A stretch of 64,000 nt of DNA, taken from the NCBI GenBank assembly GCA_964562725.1, contig CAZLUR010000001.1, positions 34,301-98,300 of the forward strand. Direction: 5' to 3'. The DNA is from an uncultured Desulfohalobiaceae bacterium. Its GTDB lineage: Bacteria > Desulfobacterota > Desulfovibrionia > Desulfovibrionales > Desulfothermaceae. This document shows, piece after piece, positions 38,768-50,981 of the stretch. Numbering within the stretch: the stretch's first letter is position 1; the number at the start of each line of letters is the position of its first letter. The position numbers and the translations under genes are program-made. The notes under the pieces are model-generated. The model made no database searches. It was not told the DNA's origin and saw only the letters and a program-made list of their open reading frames with translations.

Positions 38768-41221
38768 ATGAGTGTTTTTATGCAAAATAACCAGGAAATT
38801 AAAGAGACAACACTGCCCTTGATGACTCTCAGGGATGTAGTCATGTTTCCTAAGGCCATTATTCCGCTTTATGTGGGCAGACAAAGCTCTATTCAGGCCG
38901 TAGAGAATGCCTTGGTGCAGTATAAGAAAAAGATTTTTCTGGTAACCCAGAAAAATCCGGAAGTGGAAACTCCGGGCATCAAGGATCTATATGAGATCGG
39001 TGTAGTCTGTAAGGTATTGCAATTGTTGCGTTTGCCAGACGGTACGGTAAAAGTGCTCTTTGAGGGCCTGCACAGAGGCCTTTGGAGCGGGAATGAACCT
39101 TTGTTTTCTGAAGAAGGAGACTTCCCTCTGGTTCAGGTCAGCGCCCTTCCGGAAAGGGAGGTATCCAGCACAGATGAGGCCCAGGCCTTGATGCAGATGA
39201 CCAGGGACGCAGTGCAAAAATTTGCCAAGGATAACAAGCGGATTTCCCAGGAATCGGTGAAAGCCCTGAATGCAGTCCAACATCCAGGGCAGATGGCGGA
39301 CATGCTGATGCCCCATCTAAAACTGGAATTTAGCAAAAAACAGAAAGTCTTGGAGCTAGAAGACCCTCTTGCCAGGCTAGAGGAGGCCTATGGATTGCTG
39401 ATGGGGCAGCTGGAGTATTCTGAGGTGGAGCAGAAGATAAACGAAAGGGTCAAGGAACAGATTGAGGGCAATCAAAAGAATTATTACCTGAACGAACAAC
39501 TCAAGGCCATACATAAAGAGATGGGCATGGAAGATGAGCCCGGGGCTGAAGTGGATGAGCTGCTTAAGCGCCTGAAAGCCAAAGACATGCCTGAAGAAGC
39601 CAGGGATAAAGGTCTCAAGGAGATCAACAAGCTAAAGCAGATGCCGCCTTCTTCTGCAGAATATACAGTGGTGCGCAATTATGTAGATTGTATTCTGGAC
39701 CTGCCCTGGAATAATCTGAAGCAGGCCAGCTTGGATATTGAGCAGGCCAGGAGTATCCTGGATGAAGACCACTTTGGCCTGCAAAAACCCAAGGAAAGAA
39801 TCCTGGAGTATCTGGCGGTGCAAAAGTTGGTGGATAAGATGCGCGGACCAATACTTTGCTTTGTGGGACCACCAGGCGTGGGCAAGACTTCCTTGGCCCG
39901 CTCCATTGCCAGGGCCACTGACCGCAACTTCCTGCGTCTATCCCTGGGGGGCGTCCGGGACGAGGCTGAAATCCGGGGGCATAGGCGCACCTATGTAGGG
40001 GCAATGCCAGGCAAGATCCTGCAGGCCCTGAAGAGGCAGGAGTACAATAACCCAATACTTTGTCTGGATGAAGTTGACAAGATGAGCACGGATTTCAGGG
40101 GCGACCCTTCGGCTGCTCTGCTGGAAGTGCTGGATCCGGAGCAGAATTACGCCTTCAATGATCACTACCTGGATCTGGATTATGATCTTTCCAATGTTTT
40201 TTTCATCACCACAGCCAATATTCTGCAGACTGTTCCATGGGCCCTGCAGGACAGGATGGAGGTGATCACTTTGCCTGGGTATTTGGAGACAGAAAAATTG
40301 AAGATTGCCAGGCATTTCCTGATTCCCAAGCAAATAGAGAAGCACGGGTTGACAGCGGAGAATATCCAGCTTTCTGACCAGGCTGTGCAAGAAACAATAC
40401 GCAGGTATACCCGGGAGGCCGGGGTCAGAAATCTGGAGAGGGAGTTGGCTACGATTTGCCGGAAAGTGGCCAAGCGCCTGGTGGAAAAGGATCAATTCGG
40501 AGAAAAGACGGTGCAGGTCAATAAAAATAGCATTCCTGGCTTGTTGGGGGTGCCTAGATATCGTCACGGTCAAAGGGAGGAAAAGTCCCAGATTGGTGTT
40601 TCCACTGGATTGGCCTGGACCGAGATGGGGGGTGAACTCTTGAATGTTGAAGTGGCGCTTATGTCCGGCAGCGGGAAGATAGAGATCACTGGCAAAATCG
40701 GGGATGTAATGCAGGAGTCGGCCAGGGCTGCATTGAGCTATGTGCGCTCCAGGTCTGAGCTGTTTGGATTACGCTCAGAGTTCTACAAGGAGGTGGACAT
40801 CCATGTGCATGTGCCTGAGGGCGCAACTCCCAAGGATGGACCTTCTGCCGGGATCACCATGGCTACTGCCCTGGTTTCTGCCCTGCTCAATATGCCAGTC
40901 AAGAACAATATGGCCATGACTGGAGAGATCACCCTGCGGGGCAGAGTGCTGCCTGTGGGCGGTCTCAGAGAGAAGTTGTTGGCAGCTCAAAGGGGTATGA
41001 TAGACACTGTCGTAATTCCTGCTGAGAACAGTAAGGATCTCAAAGAAGTCCCCAAGGAGATATTAAAGGGTTTGAGCATAATCCAGGCTGAGCATATGGA
41101 TGATGTTTTACCCCAGGCTATGCAAGACGTTGGCTTCCAGGAAATATTCTGCGGGCAAGAGACATTTATGCCTTTTGTCTATCGTTTGTACAAGGAAGAG
41201 GCCAGGCCCAGGACCCACTAA
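38768..41221 (+). CDS. lon: ATP-dependent Lon protease (LonA)
   Basis: LON N domain, GPPGVGKTS and the protease domain PKDGPSAG with catalytic Ser; 817 aa. Confidence 0.95.
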   Translation: MSVFMQNNQEIKETTLPLMTLRDVVMFPKAIIPLYVGRQSSIQAVENALVQYKKKIFLVTQKNPEVETPGIKDLYEIGVVCKVLQLLRLPDGTVKVLFEGLHRGLWSGNEPLFSEEGDFPLVQVSALPEREVSSTDEAQALMQMTRDAVQKFAKDNKRISQESVKALNAVQHPGQMADMLMPHLKLEFSKKQKVLELEDPLARLEEAYGLLMGQLEYSEVEQKINERVKEQIEGNQKNYYLNEQLKAIHKEMGMEDEPGAEVDELLKRLKAKDMPEEARDKGLKEINKLKQMPPSSAEYTVVRNYVDCILDLPWNNLKQASLDIEQARSILDEDHFGLQKPKERILEYLAVQKLVDKMRGPILCFVGPPGVGKTSLARSIARATDRNFLRLSLGGVRDEAEIRGHRRTYVGAMPGKILQALKRQEYNNPILCLDEVDKMSTDFRGDPSAALLEVLDPEQNYAFNDHYLDLDYDLSNVFFITTANILQTVPWALQDRMEVITLPGYLETEKLKIARHFLIPKQIEKHGLTAENIQLSDQAVQETIRRYTREAGVRNLERELATICRKVAKRLVEKDQFGEKTVQVNKNSIPGLLGVPRYRHGQREEKSQIGVSTGLAWTEMGGELLNVEVALMSGSGKIEITGKIGDVMQESARAALSYVRSRSELFGLRSEFYKEVDIHVHVPEGATPKDGPSAGITMATALVSALLNMPVKNNMAMTGEITLRGRVLPVGGLREKLLAAQRGMIDTVVIPAENSKDLKEVPKEILKGLSIIQAEHMDDVLPQAMQDVGFQEIFCGQETFMPFVYRLYKEEARPRTH

Positions 41222-41264
41222 AGCCGGGAGTTCCTGTACCTTCAGGGCATTGAGGGCCAATTTA

Positions 41265-41302
41265 CTGTAAGGGCCCGGCTTAAATGAGCCGGGCCCTTAC
41301 AG
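41265..41302. terminator. Bidirectional hairpin between convergent lon and tgt
   Basis: ctgtaagggcccggct-taaatg-agccgggcccttacag is a perfect 16-bp stem. It lies 43 nt after the lon stop and 2 nt after the tgt stop. Confidence 0.65.
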
Positions 41303-41304
41303 TA

Positions 41305-42441
<1,137 letters not shown>

Positions 42442-42676
42442 TTATAGGTGCAGGGATTGAAGTCTTGAGTGGCAGGTCTTTTACACCCTGCAAGGCTTGT
42501 TGACAATAAAATTTTACAGACAAAGTAAGTTGAGAGCTCAACGCTCTAGGTTCAAAGTCCAAGGTTAAGAAATAGATTCAGGCCGATAAGCCAAATACGA
42601 GCTCAGGCAGTTAGATGCTTGAATATAGCTAATAAAAACAGTTTCTGATTAAAGAACCTTTGACTGCACAGAAGTC

Positions 42677-43375
42677 ATGAACATTCCTTATTTCCCGCAT
42701 CTTGACGATTTTCCGGATCCAGCGCAGGAGGATGTGCACGAGCTTTTGGCTATAGGCGGTGATCTGCAGCCTGGAAGATTGATTGCCGCTTATTCCAGAG
42801 GGATATTTCCTTGGTTTAGCCAGGACTGCCCTATCCTTTGGTGGTCTCCGGATCCTAGAATGATCTTAATACCTGGGGAGTTGTATGTATCCAGGCGCCT
42901 GCAGCGATTCTTAAAACAGGAAAGGTTTCAGGTCAGCCTGAACCTTGACTTTCAGGGGGTAATCACAAACTGCGCATATGTCAAACGCAAGGGGGCTTCT
43001 GGGACCTGGATTGTGCCCAGCATGATCCAGGCTTATACTGAACTTTACAGGTTGGGTTATGCCCATAGCCTGGAAGTCTGGAAGCAAAAGCGTCTGATAG
43101 GCGGCATCTATGGTGTCAGCCTGGGGCGGGCCTTTTTTGGGGAATCCATGTTCTATAGGGAGTCAGGCGCCTCCAAGCTGGCCCTGGTGCATTTGGTGCG
43201 CAGACTGCAAAAGTATGGCTTCCATTTTCTGGATTGCCAGCAAAGCACCCAGCATATGCAGAGATTTGGAGCCAGGGAAGTCTCTCGCAGGGACTTCCTG
43301 CGTAGACTGCGCAAATCACAACAATATGAAGCACCAGAGGTCCAGTGCTGGCAGCCGGGCTGGATTGTGAGCTGA
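42677..43375 (+). CDS. aat: Leucyl/phenylalanyl-tRNA--protein transferase
   Basis: AYSRGIFPWF, ILWWSPDPRMIL, GESMF and DCQ; 232 aa. Confidence 0.9.
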   Translation: MNIPYFPHLDDFPDPAQEDVHELLAIGGDLQPGRLIAAYSRGIFPWFSQDCPILWWSPDPRMILIPGELYVSRRLQRFLKQERFQVSLNLDFQGVITNCAYVKRKGASGTWIVPSMIQAYTELYRLGYAHSLEVWKQKRLIGGIYGVSLGRAFFGESMFYRESGASKLALVHLVRRLQKYGFHFLDCQQSTQHMQRFGAREVSRRDFLRRLRKSQQYEAPEVQCWQPGWIVS

Positions 43376-43414
43376 AAAAGCCTGATAGATCCATCTGCTT
43401 TAGCTGCTCTAGCT

Positions 43415-43846
43415 TTAGATCTGGTAGAGCTCTTCTCCGCTCAAGACTTTGACATTGTTTTGTTTCAAGATCTCAATTGCTTGGTCAGTGCGGTCAAACC
43501 GAAAGATAAGTACCGCATTCTTGCCGCTTTGTTGCACAAAGGCATACATATATTCTACATTGATTGCGTTCTGGCTCAAGATATCCAAGATATTGTGCAA
43601 CCCGCCTGGCTTGTCCTGCACTTCCACTGGGACCACTGTGGTCCTGCCCACAGTGAAGCCGTTTTCCTTGAGAGCCTTTTTGGTCTTTTCATTGTCTGAG
43701 ACAATCAGGCGCAGTATTCCAAAATCAGAGGTGTCTGCCAAAGACAGGGCCCGGATATTGATCCCTGCCCGGCCCAAAACCTTGGTCACCTCAGACAGAC
43801 GGCCGGCCCTGTTTTCCAGAAATACAGAGATCTGCTCCACTTTCAT
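43415..43846 (-). CDS. ACT domain-containing protein (tandem ACT, PaaK-associated)
   Basis: 143 aa with two ACT-like repeats ([16 protein letters not shown]; [15 protein letters not shown]). Immediately downstream of paaK. Confidence 0.75.
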   Translation of the reverse strand: MKVEQISVFLENRAGRLSEVTKVLGRAGINIRALSLADTSDFGILRLIVSDNEKTKKALKENGFTVGRTTVVPVEVQDKPGGLHNILDILSQNAINVEYMYAFVQQSGKNAVLIFRFDRTDQAIEILKQNNVKVLSGEELYQI

Positions 43847-43912
43847 GTTGTTGCTCCTTGCATGTTGTTGCTCATTTATATATGGCCTTTTCGATCCAGA
43901 CTGGCCTGCAGC

Positions 43913-45217
43913 CTAGGATGGCTGCCTGTAATCCACTATGCGTTGGGCCTTGCCCTCGGAACGGGAGATGCTCTTGGGCTCAACCAGTTTGACCTGGGCA
44001 GTTACGCCCAAAAACTCCTTGATATTGTTTTGGATCCTGCCTTCTAAGCGTTGCAGGTGCTTTATCTCATCGGAAAAGAGCTGCTCGTCCACTTCCACTC
44101 GGATTTCCAGGGTGTCCATGGCACCCTCCCTGCGCAGGATAAGCTGATAATGCGGGCTCAAGCCGTCCGTCTTCAGCAGGATACCTTCAATCTGAGAAGG
44201 AAATACATTCACGCCCCGGATGATGAGCATATCGTCTGAGCGGCCCAGGACCTTGGCCATGCGCAGGTGAGTACGCCCGCATTTGCAGGGCACAGGGTTC
44301 AAGGTGGTCAGATCCCGGGTCCTGTATCTGATCAAAGGCTGGGCTTCTTTGGTCAGGGTGGTCAGGACCAGCTCCCCTGGTTCCCCCCAGGGCAAAGGTT
44401 CCAGGCTGACCGGATCAATGACTTCCACCAAAAAATGATCTTCCCAGATATGCAATCCATCCTGGGAGTTCTTGCACTCCATGGCCACTCCCGGACCCAT
44501 GATCTCGGACAAGCCGTAAATATCCAGGGCCTTGAGGCCCAGTTTGGATTCAATGTCCAAACGCATCTGTTCTGTCCAGGGTTCAGCGCCGAAGATTCCG
44601 GTGTGCAGGCTAAGCTCCCTGAAGTCTATGCCAGTGCTCTGGGTTACTTCGAAAAGGTGTAAGGCGTAGGATGGGGTACAGCACAGTACTGTGGGCTTGA
44701 AATCGTTCAAGAGCATGACTTGGCGTTTGGTGCCTCCTCCAGAGACAGGTAGAATGGTGGCACCCAGTTGTTCAGCTCCGTAGTGTGCACCAAGCCCACC
44801 TGTAAACAAACCATAGCCGTAGGCATTGTGAATGGTGTCTTTGTGGGTGACACCTGCGGCTAAAAAGCTGCGAGCCATAAGTATGGCCCAATTGCGCACA
44901 TCTCTTTGGGTATATCCTACCACTGTGGCCTTGCCAGTGGTCCCGGAGGAAGCATGAATGCGCACCACGTTTTCTTTGGGTGCAGCAAACAGTCCAAAGG
45001 GATAGTTGTTGCGCAGGTCCTGCTTTTCAGTTAAAGGCAGGTATTTGAGATCGGAAAGGCTGCGTATGTTCTCCGGTCCCAGGTGCAGGGCATCGAATTT
45101 GTCGCGGTAAAAAGGTACATTATAATAGACCCTCTGCAGCTGGTATCTCAATCTTTTAAGTTGCAGTTGTTCCAGTTCTTCCCTGGGCAAGGTCTCTTTT
45201 TCCATGTCATAGATCAT
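43913..45217 (-). CDS. paaK: Phenylacetate--CoA ligase family protein
   Basis: [21 protein letters not shown] and the adenylate-forming fold. ATG 45217 has AGGAG 8 nt upstream. Confidence 0.85.
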   Translation of the reverse strand: MIYDMEKETLPREELEQLQLKRLRYQLQRVYYNVPFYRDKFDALHLGPENIRSLSDLKYLPLTEKQDLRNNYPFGLFAAPKENVVRIHASSGTTGKATVVGYTQRDVRNWAILMARSFLAAGVTHKDTIHNAYGYGLFTGGLGAHYGAEQLGATILPVSGGGTKRQVMLLNDFKPTVLCCTPSYALHLFEVTQSTGIDFRELSLHTGIFGAEPWTEQMRLDIESKLGLKALDIYGLSEIMGPGVAMECKNSQDGLHIWEDHFLVEVIDPVSLEPLPWGEPGELVLTTLTKEAQPLIRYRTRDLTTLNPVPCKCGRTHLRMAKVLGRSDDMLIIRGVNVFPSQIEGILLKTDGLSPHYQLILRREGAMDTLEIRVEVDEQLFSDEIKHLQRLEGRIQNNIKEFLGVTAQVKLVEPKSISRSEGKAQRIVDYRQPS

Positions 45218-45654
45218 GCTTTTAGCTCCTGTATACAAATATTGAATTGAACCTGGGCAATGTGAGGGTATTGCCGGGTTTGTTGCAAAGCTGTCCAATA
45301 TATTTAGTCAAGTTTTCTTCTGCAAAGCATATTTGGTCCGCAGGCGAGTTTCTTCAAACTCATGGCCAAAAATGGCAATTTTGGCATCGAATGCCCTGTC
45401 TGCTTGATTCAGCTGTTGAAAATGATTGTCTTTGATACAACAGCTTAAGTCAAGTTTAAGGGCCAGGGTCAGGGTTGTTTTGGGCCAAAAATGGCTTGTG
45501 TCCAGTAATTGGGATGTAATAATCAAGTATTGCTTTCAGGGCCAGAATAATTTATGCAGAAAGTCATATTAGTTAGGCTAGTGAAATTTGTAGACTGTAC
45601 AGGGTGCAGCAACTCAAGTAAATCTATGGCCATTCAACAGAACTTGATCAGGGG

Positions 45655-46104
45655 GTGCGGACAATATTAATGCCCAAGATAAAGATTAATAATGTTTCAA
45701 GTGATGTGCTGGCCAAGGTGCGCAGGGTTGCCCTTTGGCTGCAGGAAAAGCAGGCGTCCAGGATTTTGGCTTTGGATCTGGGCTATCTGAATTCAGTCTC
45801 AGAGGCAGTGTTGATTGCTTCTGCCGCCAACAAGAGGCATGCCCAGGCCCTTGCGGACTGGCTCTTACAAAAGCTGGGCGAGCAGTGTTGGGAATTTATG
45901 AACATGGAGGGTTATCAGGCTGGGACCTGGATTCTCTTGGATCTTAACGATCTGGTAGTGCATATTTTCCAGCAGGAGTACCGGGATTTTTATAACCTGG
46001 AGGGGCTTTGGTCTGAGGCCAGCATCCTTTGGCAGGATCCGGAGGCCCGGAAAGATTTTGAAAAACCCGGGCTCAATTTTAGTCAGGACCAAGGAGAGGT
46101 CTAA
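45655..46104 (+). CDS. rsfS: Ribosome silencing factor RsfS (iojap)
   Basis: ILALDLGYLNSVSEAVLIASAANKRHAQALAD and W.L.D..D.VVHIF....R..Y.LE.LW. The start is GTG 45655 or ATG 45670. Confidence 0.82.
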   Translation: MRTILMPKIKINNVSSDVLAKVRRVALWLQEKQASRILALDLGYLNSVSEAVLIASAANKRHAQALADWLLQKLGEQCWEFMNMEGYQAGTWILLDLNDLVVHIFQQEYRDFYNLEGLWSEASILWQDPEARKDFEKPGLNFSQDQGEV

Positions 46105-47673
46105 ATGATTTCACCAGAGCCTGTTTTGCTCCTGATACTGGATGGCTGGGGATATGCCCCTCAAAGCCCCGGTAATGCGCTGTATTTTGCCCAGACGCCT
46201 CATTTGGACTGGATTATGGAGAATTATCCGCTTTGTCTGCTGCAGTGTTCAGGCCGGGCGGTAGGACTGCCTGAGGGGCAAATGGGTAATTCCGAGGTAG
46301 GACATCTGAACATCGGTGCAGGGCGTGTGGTTTATCAGGATATTCTGCGAATAGACCAGGCTATAGAAAATAAGCAGTTGGCCAGAAATCCAGCCGTGCA
46401 TGATGTTTTGACCCGGGTCAAGGCCAAGGGCAGCGCCTTGCATTTTTTGGGCCTGCTCTCCAATGGCGGGGTACACAGCCATATAAGACATCTATATGCC
46501 CTACTGGAGGTTGCCCGGGACTTTGGCCTGCAAAAGGTGTTTGTGCATGCCTTCTTGGATGGGCGGGACACCTCACCCTGGGCCGGACTAAGCTTTGTGC
46601 GGGGGCTTGAGCAGAAGATGCAAAACCTGGGCATCGGCAGGATTGCTTCACTAAGCGGCAGGTACTATGCCATGGACCGGGACAAGCATTGGTCCAGGAC
46701 CAAATCAGCCTACGATACATTGCTGCATGGTGCAGGGCAGCGTTTCCATGATCCGTTGCAGGCGGTGCAGGCCGGTTATGATCAGGGTATAAGCGATGAA
46801 TTCCTGCCTCCTGCCTTGATAGTGGACAGCACAGATCAGCCAGTGGGCCTGCTGCAAGAGGATGACGGCCTGTTTTTTTTCAATTTCCGGGCAGATCGGG
46901 CCAGACAATTGGCCAAGGCTTTGAGCAGGGATGATTTTGATGACTTTCAAAGGGGGCGAAGACCAAAGTTTTGCTCCCTGGTGAGCATGACCGAATACGA
47001 TCCGGAATTGGAGCTGGACGTGGCTTTCCCCCAGGAGAGCCTGAAGAGAATTATGGGCCAGGTCTGCTCCGAGCAGGGCCTGAGACAGCTCAGGCTGGCG
47101 GAAACAGAAAAGTACGCCCATGTGACTTACTTTTTTAATGCTGGCCGGGAAGAACCTTTTGCTCTGGAGGATAGGATCTTGGTGCCTTCGCCCAGGTCTG
47201 TAGCCACCTATGACCAAAAGCCAGAAATGAGCGTATTCGAGGTCACGGAAAAATTGGTTTCAGCTTGGCAAAGTGGCAGGTATGCCTTTATAGTCTGTAA
47301 TTTCGCCAACCTGGACATGGTGGGTCATACCGGCAATTTTAAGGCCACATTGCAGGCCTGTGCAGCAGTGGATAGCTGCCTGGGCCGGACTTTAAAGATG
47401 ATCCTTCAAGGAGAAGGCTGCCTGATCTTGACTGCCGACCATGGTAATGCAGATTGCATGCTGGATAAAAACCAGCAGCCGCATACTGCGCACAGCAAAA
47501 ATCCTGTACCTTTTTTTTTGATCCGCAAGCAGGGGCTACCCTTGGGCTTCAGGCTGCGCAAAAAAGGGGCTTTGGCGGACATTGCCCCGACTATTCTGGC
47601 CTTATGGAATATGGTCCAGCCAGAAGAAATGACCGGCGACAGTCTGTTGCAGACTGAGGATGGAGATGAATAA
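46105..47673 (+). CDS. gpmI: 2,3-bisphosphoglycerate-independent phosphoglycerate mutase
   Basis: LLILDGWG, NSEVGHLNIGAGR, LLSNGGVHSH, DGRD and ADHGNA; 522 aa. Confidence 0.93.
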   Translation: MISPEPVLLLILDGWGYAPQSPGNALYFAQTPHLDWIMENYPLCLLQCSGRAVGLPEGQMGNSEVGHLNIGAGRVVYQDILRIDQAIENKQLARNPAVHDVLTRVKAKGSALHFLGLLSNGGVHSHIRHLYALLEVARDFGLQKVFVHAFLDGRDTSPWAGLSFVRGLEQKMQNLGIGRIASLSGRYYAMDRDKHWSRTKSAYDTLLHGAGQRFHDPLQAVQAGYDQGISDEFLPPALIVDSTDQPVGLLQEDDGLFFFNFRADRARQLAKALSRDDFDDFQRGRRPKFCSLVSMTEYDPELELDVAFPQESLKRIMGQVCSEQGLRQLRLAETEKYAHVTYFFNAGREEPFALEDRILVPSPRSVATYDQKPEMSVFEVTEKLVSAWQSGRYAFIVCNFANLDMVGHTGNFKATLQACAAVDSCLGRTLKMILQGEGCLILTADHGNADCMLDKNQQPHTAHSKNPVPFFLIRKQGLPLGFRLRKKGALADIAPTILALWNMVQPEEMTGDSLLQTEDGDE

Positions 47674-47902
47674 GAAAAAACTGGCCCCGGTCAAGCCTGA
47701 GGGCATGGAGATAGTTTTTTATTATCCCTGTCCTTACTGCGGGCGAAAGGTTCCCTTGGCAGCACCCTTGCAGCCTTGTATGACAAAATGCGATTCCTGT
47801 CGCAGACAGTTTCCTGTTGCCCCGGCAGATGCTAAAGGTATTAAGTTTATTAAGCTCATCCTGGATCAGGGTCGGGCCGCTATAGATCCGGATTTTATTT
47901 GA
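47660..47902 (+). CDS. Hypothetical small zinc-ribbon protein (CPxC...CDSC)
   Basis: A 78-80 aa ORF overlapping the gpmI stop. The likely start is ATG 47666, 6 nt after GAGG. CPYCGRK...KCDSCRR is a 4-Cys ribbon. No family assignment is possible by eye. Confidence 0.5.
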   Translation: MEMNKKKLAPVKPEGMEIVFYYPCPYCGRKVPLAAPLQPCMTKCDSCRRQFPVAPADAKGIKFIKLILDQGRAAIDPDFI

Positions 47903-48326
47903 CCAGCATCACCGGGCACGGGGCCAAAATACCCACTTTATGACTTATAGTCCCCCAGCCCTGGGTGGGGTTCTGGTAATCGATTTTGTGTGAATTAAGG
48001 ATAATCAAGTCCACCTCGTTTTCCTGGGCAAAATGCAATATCTCCTGCACCCTGTTGCCAAGCAGGATCTTCTGCACGATTGGGGCGTCTTGCGGGCAAT
48101 CCTGGACCAAGGCCTGCATTTTTTTGCGCGCCTTTTTTTGCAAAGAAAGGTAAAATTTTTCAAATTCCGGGCCTGCATCATCAGTAATAGTCTCAATCAC
48201 ATGTAGTATAGTAATTCTGTCCAGCCCAGCCTGATTTTTTTCCAGTTGGTATAGTCTAAGGCCTATTTGCAGGGCATTTAGAGTACGTTCAGTGCCATCC
48301 GTTGGTATCAGGATATGTTTGAACAT
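47895..48326 (-). CDS. Universal stress protein (UspA family)
   Basis: MFKHILIPTDGTE..., a conserved C-terminal G-2x-G-9x-GS-like region (GWGTISHKV) and PVMLV; 143 aa. Confidence 0.8.
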   Translation of the reverse strand: MFKHILIPTDGTERTLNALQIGLRLYQLEKNQAGLDRITILHVIETITDDAGPEFEKFYLSLQKKARKKMQALVQDCPQDAPIVQKILLGNRVQEILHFAQENEVDLIILNSHKIDYQNPTQGWGTISHKVGILAPCPVMLVK

Positions 48327-48412
48327 TCGACTCCCCCTGTTTTTTGCTTGGGAAAAAGTCCTTTTCAGGTCACGGAAGCAGAATAATGCTAGTTGTTATA
48401 GCCTGCTTGAGA

Positions 48413-49084
48413 TCAAAAAAAGACCTTTTTGCTTTTTTTTCTGTTTATCCTGCCCAGGATGAAGCCTGTCAGAGCTGCCAGGGCTATTGTGCCTGCGCCG
48501 GCCAAAAACCAACGCAGTTCTTGCTGGCTGCGCAATTCCTGGTTTTCCGCCCGGAACCTGCTTAATTGATCCCTGTTTAGATCCAGGGCAGTTTGGGTAT
48601 AACGCAGTTCTTGCTTGATATTCTTAATGTTTCCAGAGTCTTCCAGCAAGGTTTGGTGTTTTTGCTCTAAATTTTTCAGTTCTTGCTGCACCTTTTGCAG
48701 CCGGGATTGCAGTTCGGTTTTTTCCTGTTCTAATCTGGCTGTTTTTTGTTCGCTTTTCTGGAGCTTGTCCTGCAAAGTATCAAATCTGTCCTGCAGTTGC
48801 CTCAAGGCTTCCTTATTAGGCAATCTCTGCATGGTGTAATGTTTGAGGACCCAGCCCTGTTTACCTTCAGGGGTGCGGATTTGGAGCCATTCAGGCAGTT
48901 CTTCCAAGACCTCAAGAGGCATGCCAGAAGCCAGCATGCCGATCACTTTGTTCTCCAGGCTGGGTCCTGTGCGCATGGTGATCTTGAAATCGTCTGTTAC
49001 ATAAAGGGTTTTACCCAGGCCAGTCACAGGTATAAGACTGAAAACCAAAACCAGCATGATCAGTATGAGCTTATTCAGAGCCAT
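48413..49084 (-). CDS. SH3 domain / coiled-coil / C-terminal TM protein (YgiM, TIGR04211-like)
   Basis: Signal peptide, SH3b segment (MRTGPSLENKVIGML..G..LEVL), a long Q/E/L/K heptad region and a terminal TM segment plus a basic tail. Confidence 0.7.
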   Translation of the reverse strand: MALNKLILIMLVLVFSLIPVTGLGKTLYVTDDFKITMRTGPSLENKVIGMLASGMPLEVLEELPEWLQIRTPEGKQGWVLKHYTMQRLPNKEALRQLQDRFDTLQDKLQKSEQKTARLEQEKTELQSRLQKVQQELKNLEQKHQTLLEDSGNIKNIKQELRYTQTALDLNRDQLSRFRAENQELRSQQELRWFLAGAGTIALAALTGFILGRINRKKSKKVFF

Positions 49085-49239
49085 GAAAACTATCCGGCCT
49101 TTGTCAGAAGTTTTTACAATGTTTTATTTTTTCCATGTATTTGTCAATAGGTAGTCAGAGTCTTGATTCTTCCGGGACACCTCTTGCTCATTTCACTTCA
49201 GGTTTGCCAGCTGGGCTGATCAGTTGTATCTATAAAGAC

Positions 49240-50049
49240 ATGCAACCTAAAACTGCGGTCTGGACCATGCAAAGAAGTGCTTTTTGTCAGAGACGGGCCA
49301 GAGCCTTGGCCCTGGAGTTTGGTCTGTCTCTGGCCGGAGGAGGCTATAGGCAAAAGGATTTTTTGCTGCTGGTTAATGTGCAGCGTCTGGGCTTGGCATC
49401 TGGGCTGGAGGTGCATTCCAGCCAGAGCCTTTGGCCTGATCTGGGAAGTTTGGACATCAGTACCAGTGCGGGTGCAAGAACCAGGCAGCCTTTATACAGA
49501 GCGGTTCTGGGCAGAAAGAAAATACAGAACTCCCCCCTGGTCCTGGACCTGACTGCTGGTTTAGGCCGGGATGCCTGGCTGCTGGCTGCTGGAGGTGCTC
49601 GGGTTGTGGCCCTGGAACGCAGTTCTCCTATTTTTGCATTGCTCAGGGACTCCCTTGCCAGGGCAGGTATAGACAGACCAGATATTGTGCAGAGGATAAA
49701 ACCTATACATGCTGATGCCTGGCAGGCCTTAGGCTGTTTAGCCCAAAAGAGAGGAAAAAATATTCACAGCCTGCTGCAGGCTTTGCCAGACGTAATTTAT
49801 CTGGATCCTTTCTTCTCAGATTATAAAAGGAAAGGCGCGCCTAAAAAAGAAATACAACTTTTGCGCAGCTTAGCAGACAAGGACGATCAGCAGTGGGGCA
49901 TGTTTTTAGCAGCGGCCCTGGGCCTGGCCCGGAAAAGGGTGGTGGTCAAGCGGCCTGCGCACGGACCTGTCCTGGAGTTTTCAGGACTTGCAGAGCCCTC
50001 CCTGCAAATAAAGTCCAGGGCTTTGCGTTTTGATGTCTATTTGACTTGA
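49240..50049 (+). CDS. rsmJ: 16S rRNA (guanine1516-N2)-methyltransferase RsmJ-like SAM methyltransferase
   Basis: VLDLTAGLGRDAWLLAAGGARVVALERSP..ALL.D.LARA matches the RsmJ core (DATAGLGRDAF.LA..G..V...ER) and YLDPFF. The start is uncertain (49135, 49240 or 49267). Confidence 0.7.
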   Translation: MQPKTAVWTMQRSAFCQRRARALALEFGLSLAGGGYRQKDFLLLVNVQRLGLASGLEVHSSQSLWPDLGSLDISTSAGARTRQPLYRAVLGRKKIQNSPLVLDLTAGLGRDAWLLAAGGARVVALERSSPIFALLRDSLARAGIDRPDIVQRIKPIHADAWQALGCLAQKRGKNIHSLLQALPDVIYLDPFFSDYKRKGAPKKEIQLLRSLADKDDQQWGMFLAAALGLARKRVVVKRPAHGPVLEFSGLAEPSLQIKSRALRFDVYLT

Positions 50050-50178
50050 TTGGAAAAAAATATGTATTGACAACTATCTACTGATATGGACAGAATCTGA
50101 AGTAGAAGCTAACCTGGCCAAGGGGTTTGGGTGTCTGTTGAAGACTGCTGTTAAAAAGGTTTTATAGCTCAGGGTATC

Positions 50179-50919
50179 ATGGGCCTGGACAGACTAAAAC
50201 ATATGCTCTGTAGTGCGCAGAACTTGGTGGCCTTTACCGGGGCCGGGGTCTCTGCGGAGAGCGGCATTCCCACCTACCGGGGGGCCAGCGGGTTATGGAA
50301 CCGGTTTGACCCGGAGAAATATGCGAACATCAGCTATTTTCTAAAAGAGCCAGCGTACTATTGGCAATTTTTTCAGGAGGTCAGATATCCATCTCTGGAA
50401 AAGGCCCTCCCTGGCAAGACCCATGAGACATTGGCCCAGCTGGAGAGAAATGGGCAGCTGCAAGCGGTGATAACCCAAAATGTTGATGGTCTGCACCAGG
50501 CTGCTGGCTCCAGCCGGGTTTTGGAGCTGCACGGTAGTTCGCGCAGCTTTCATTGCCTGCACTGCAAAAGCCGATACAGCCTGTATGAAGCATACGCCCT
50601 GCTCCAGGATAGCCTGCCCCCAAAATGCACTGAGTGTGAATCCTTGATTCGGCCGGATACGGTATTGTTTGGAGAGGCCCTGCCGGCCGATGTCCTACAG
50701 GAAGCCAGCCAGGCAGCAGAACAATGCGATCTGTTCCTGGCTCTGGGCAGTTCACTGCTGGTACAGCCAGCTGCTTCTTTGCCCTTGCTGGCCAAAAGAA
50801 ATAGGGCCAGCCTGATCATAATCAACAAAGACGAGACCCCTTTGGATCCTGAGGCAGATCTGGTCTTACATGCCTCAGCAGGCCAGACCTTGTCCCAGGC
50901 ATTGGAAGACTTGTCCTGA
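50179..50919 (+). CDS. cobB: NAD-dependent protein deacylase (Sir2 family)
   Basis: [26 protein letters not shown] and a Zn-ribbon CxxC...CxxC; 246 aa. Confidence 0.9.
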   Translation: MGLDRLKHMLCSAQNLVAFTGAGVSAESGIPTYRGASGLWNRFDPEKYANISYFLKEPAYYWQFFQEVRYPSLEKALPGKTHETLAQLERNGQLQAVITQNVDGLHQAAGSSRVLELHGSSRSFHCLHCKSRYSLYEAYALLQDSLPPKCTECESLIRPDTVLFGEALPADVLQEASQAAEQCDLFLALGSSLLVQPAASLPLLAKRNRASLIIINKDETPLDPEADLVLHASAGQTLSQALEDLS

Positions 50920-50981
50920 ACTCCTGACTGGCTTACTCCCATGCAGGTTGGTCTCAAACCTATGCAAGAAGGAATAAAGAC

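Noticed and set aside
45373-45387. Possible sigma54 promoter (TGGCAATTTTGGCA) within the repeated motif
   Set aside because: The GG to GC spacing is 10 nt rather than the 12 nt of the TGGCAC-N5-TTGC consensus, and the -12 TTGC element is absent.
45308-45526. 72-aa minus-strand ORF in the paaK/rsfS intergenic region
   Set aside because: It has a TTG start, no Shine-Dalgarno and no recognisable motif. It is more likely non-coding, and the region is reported for its repeated motif instead.
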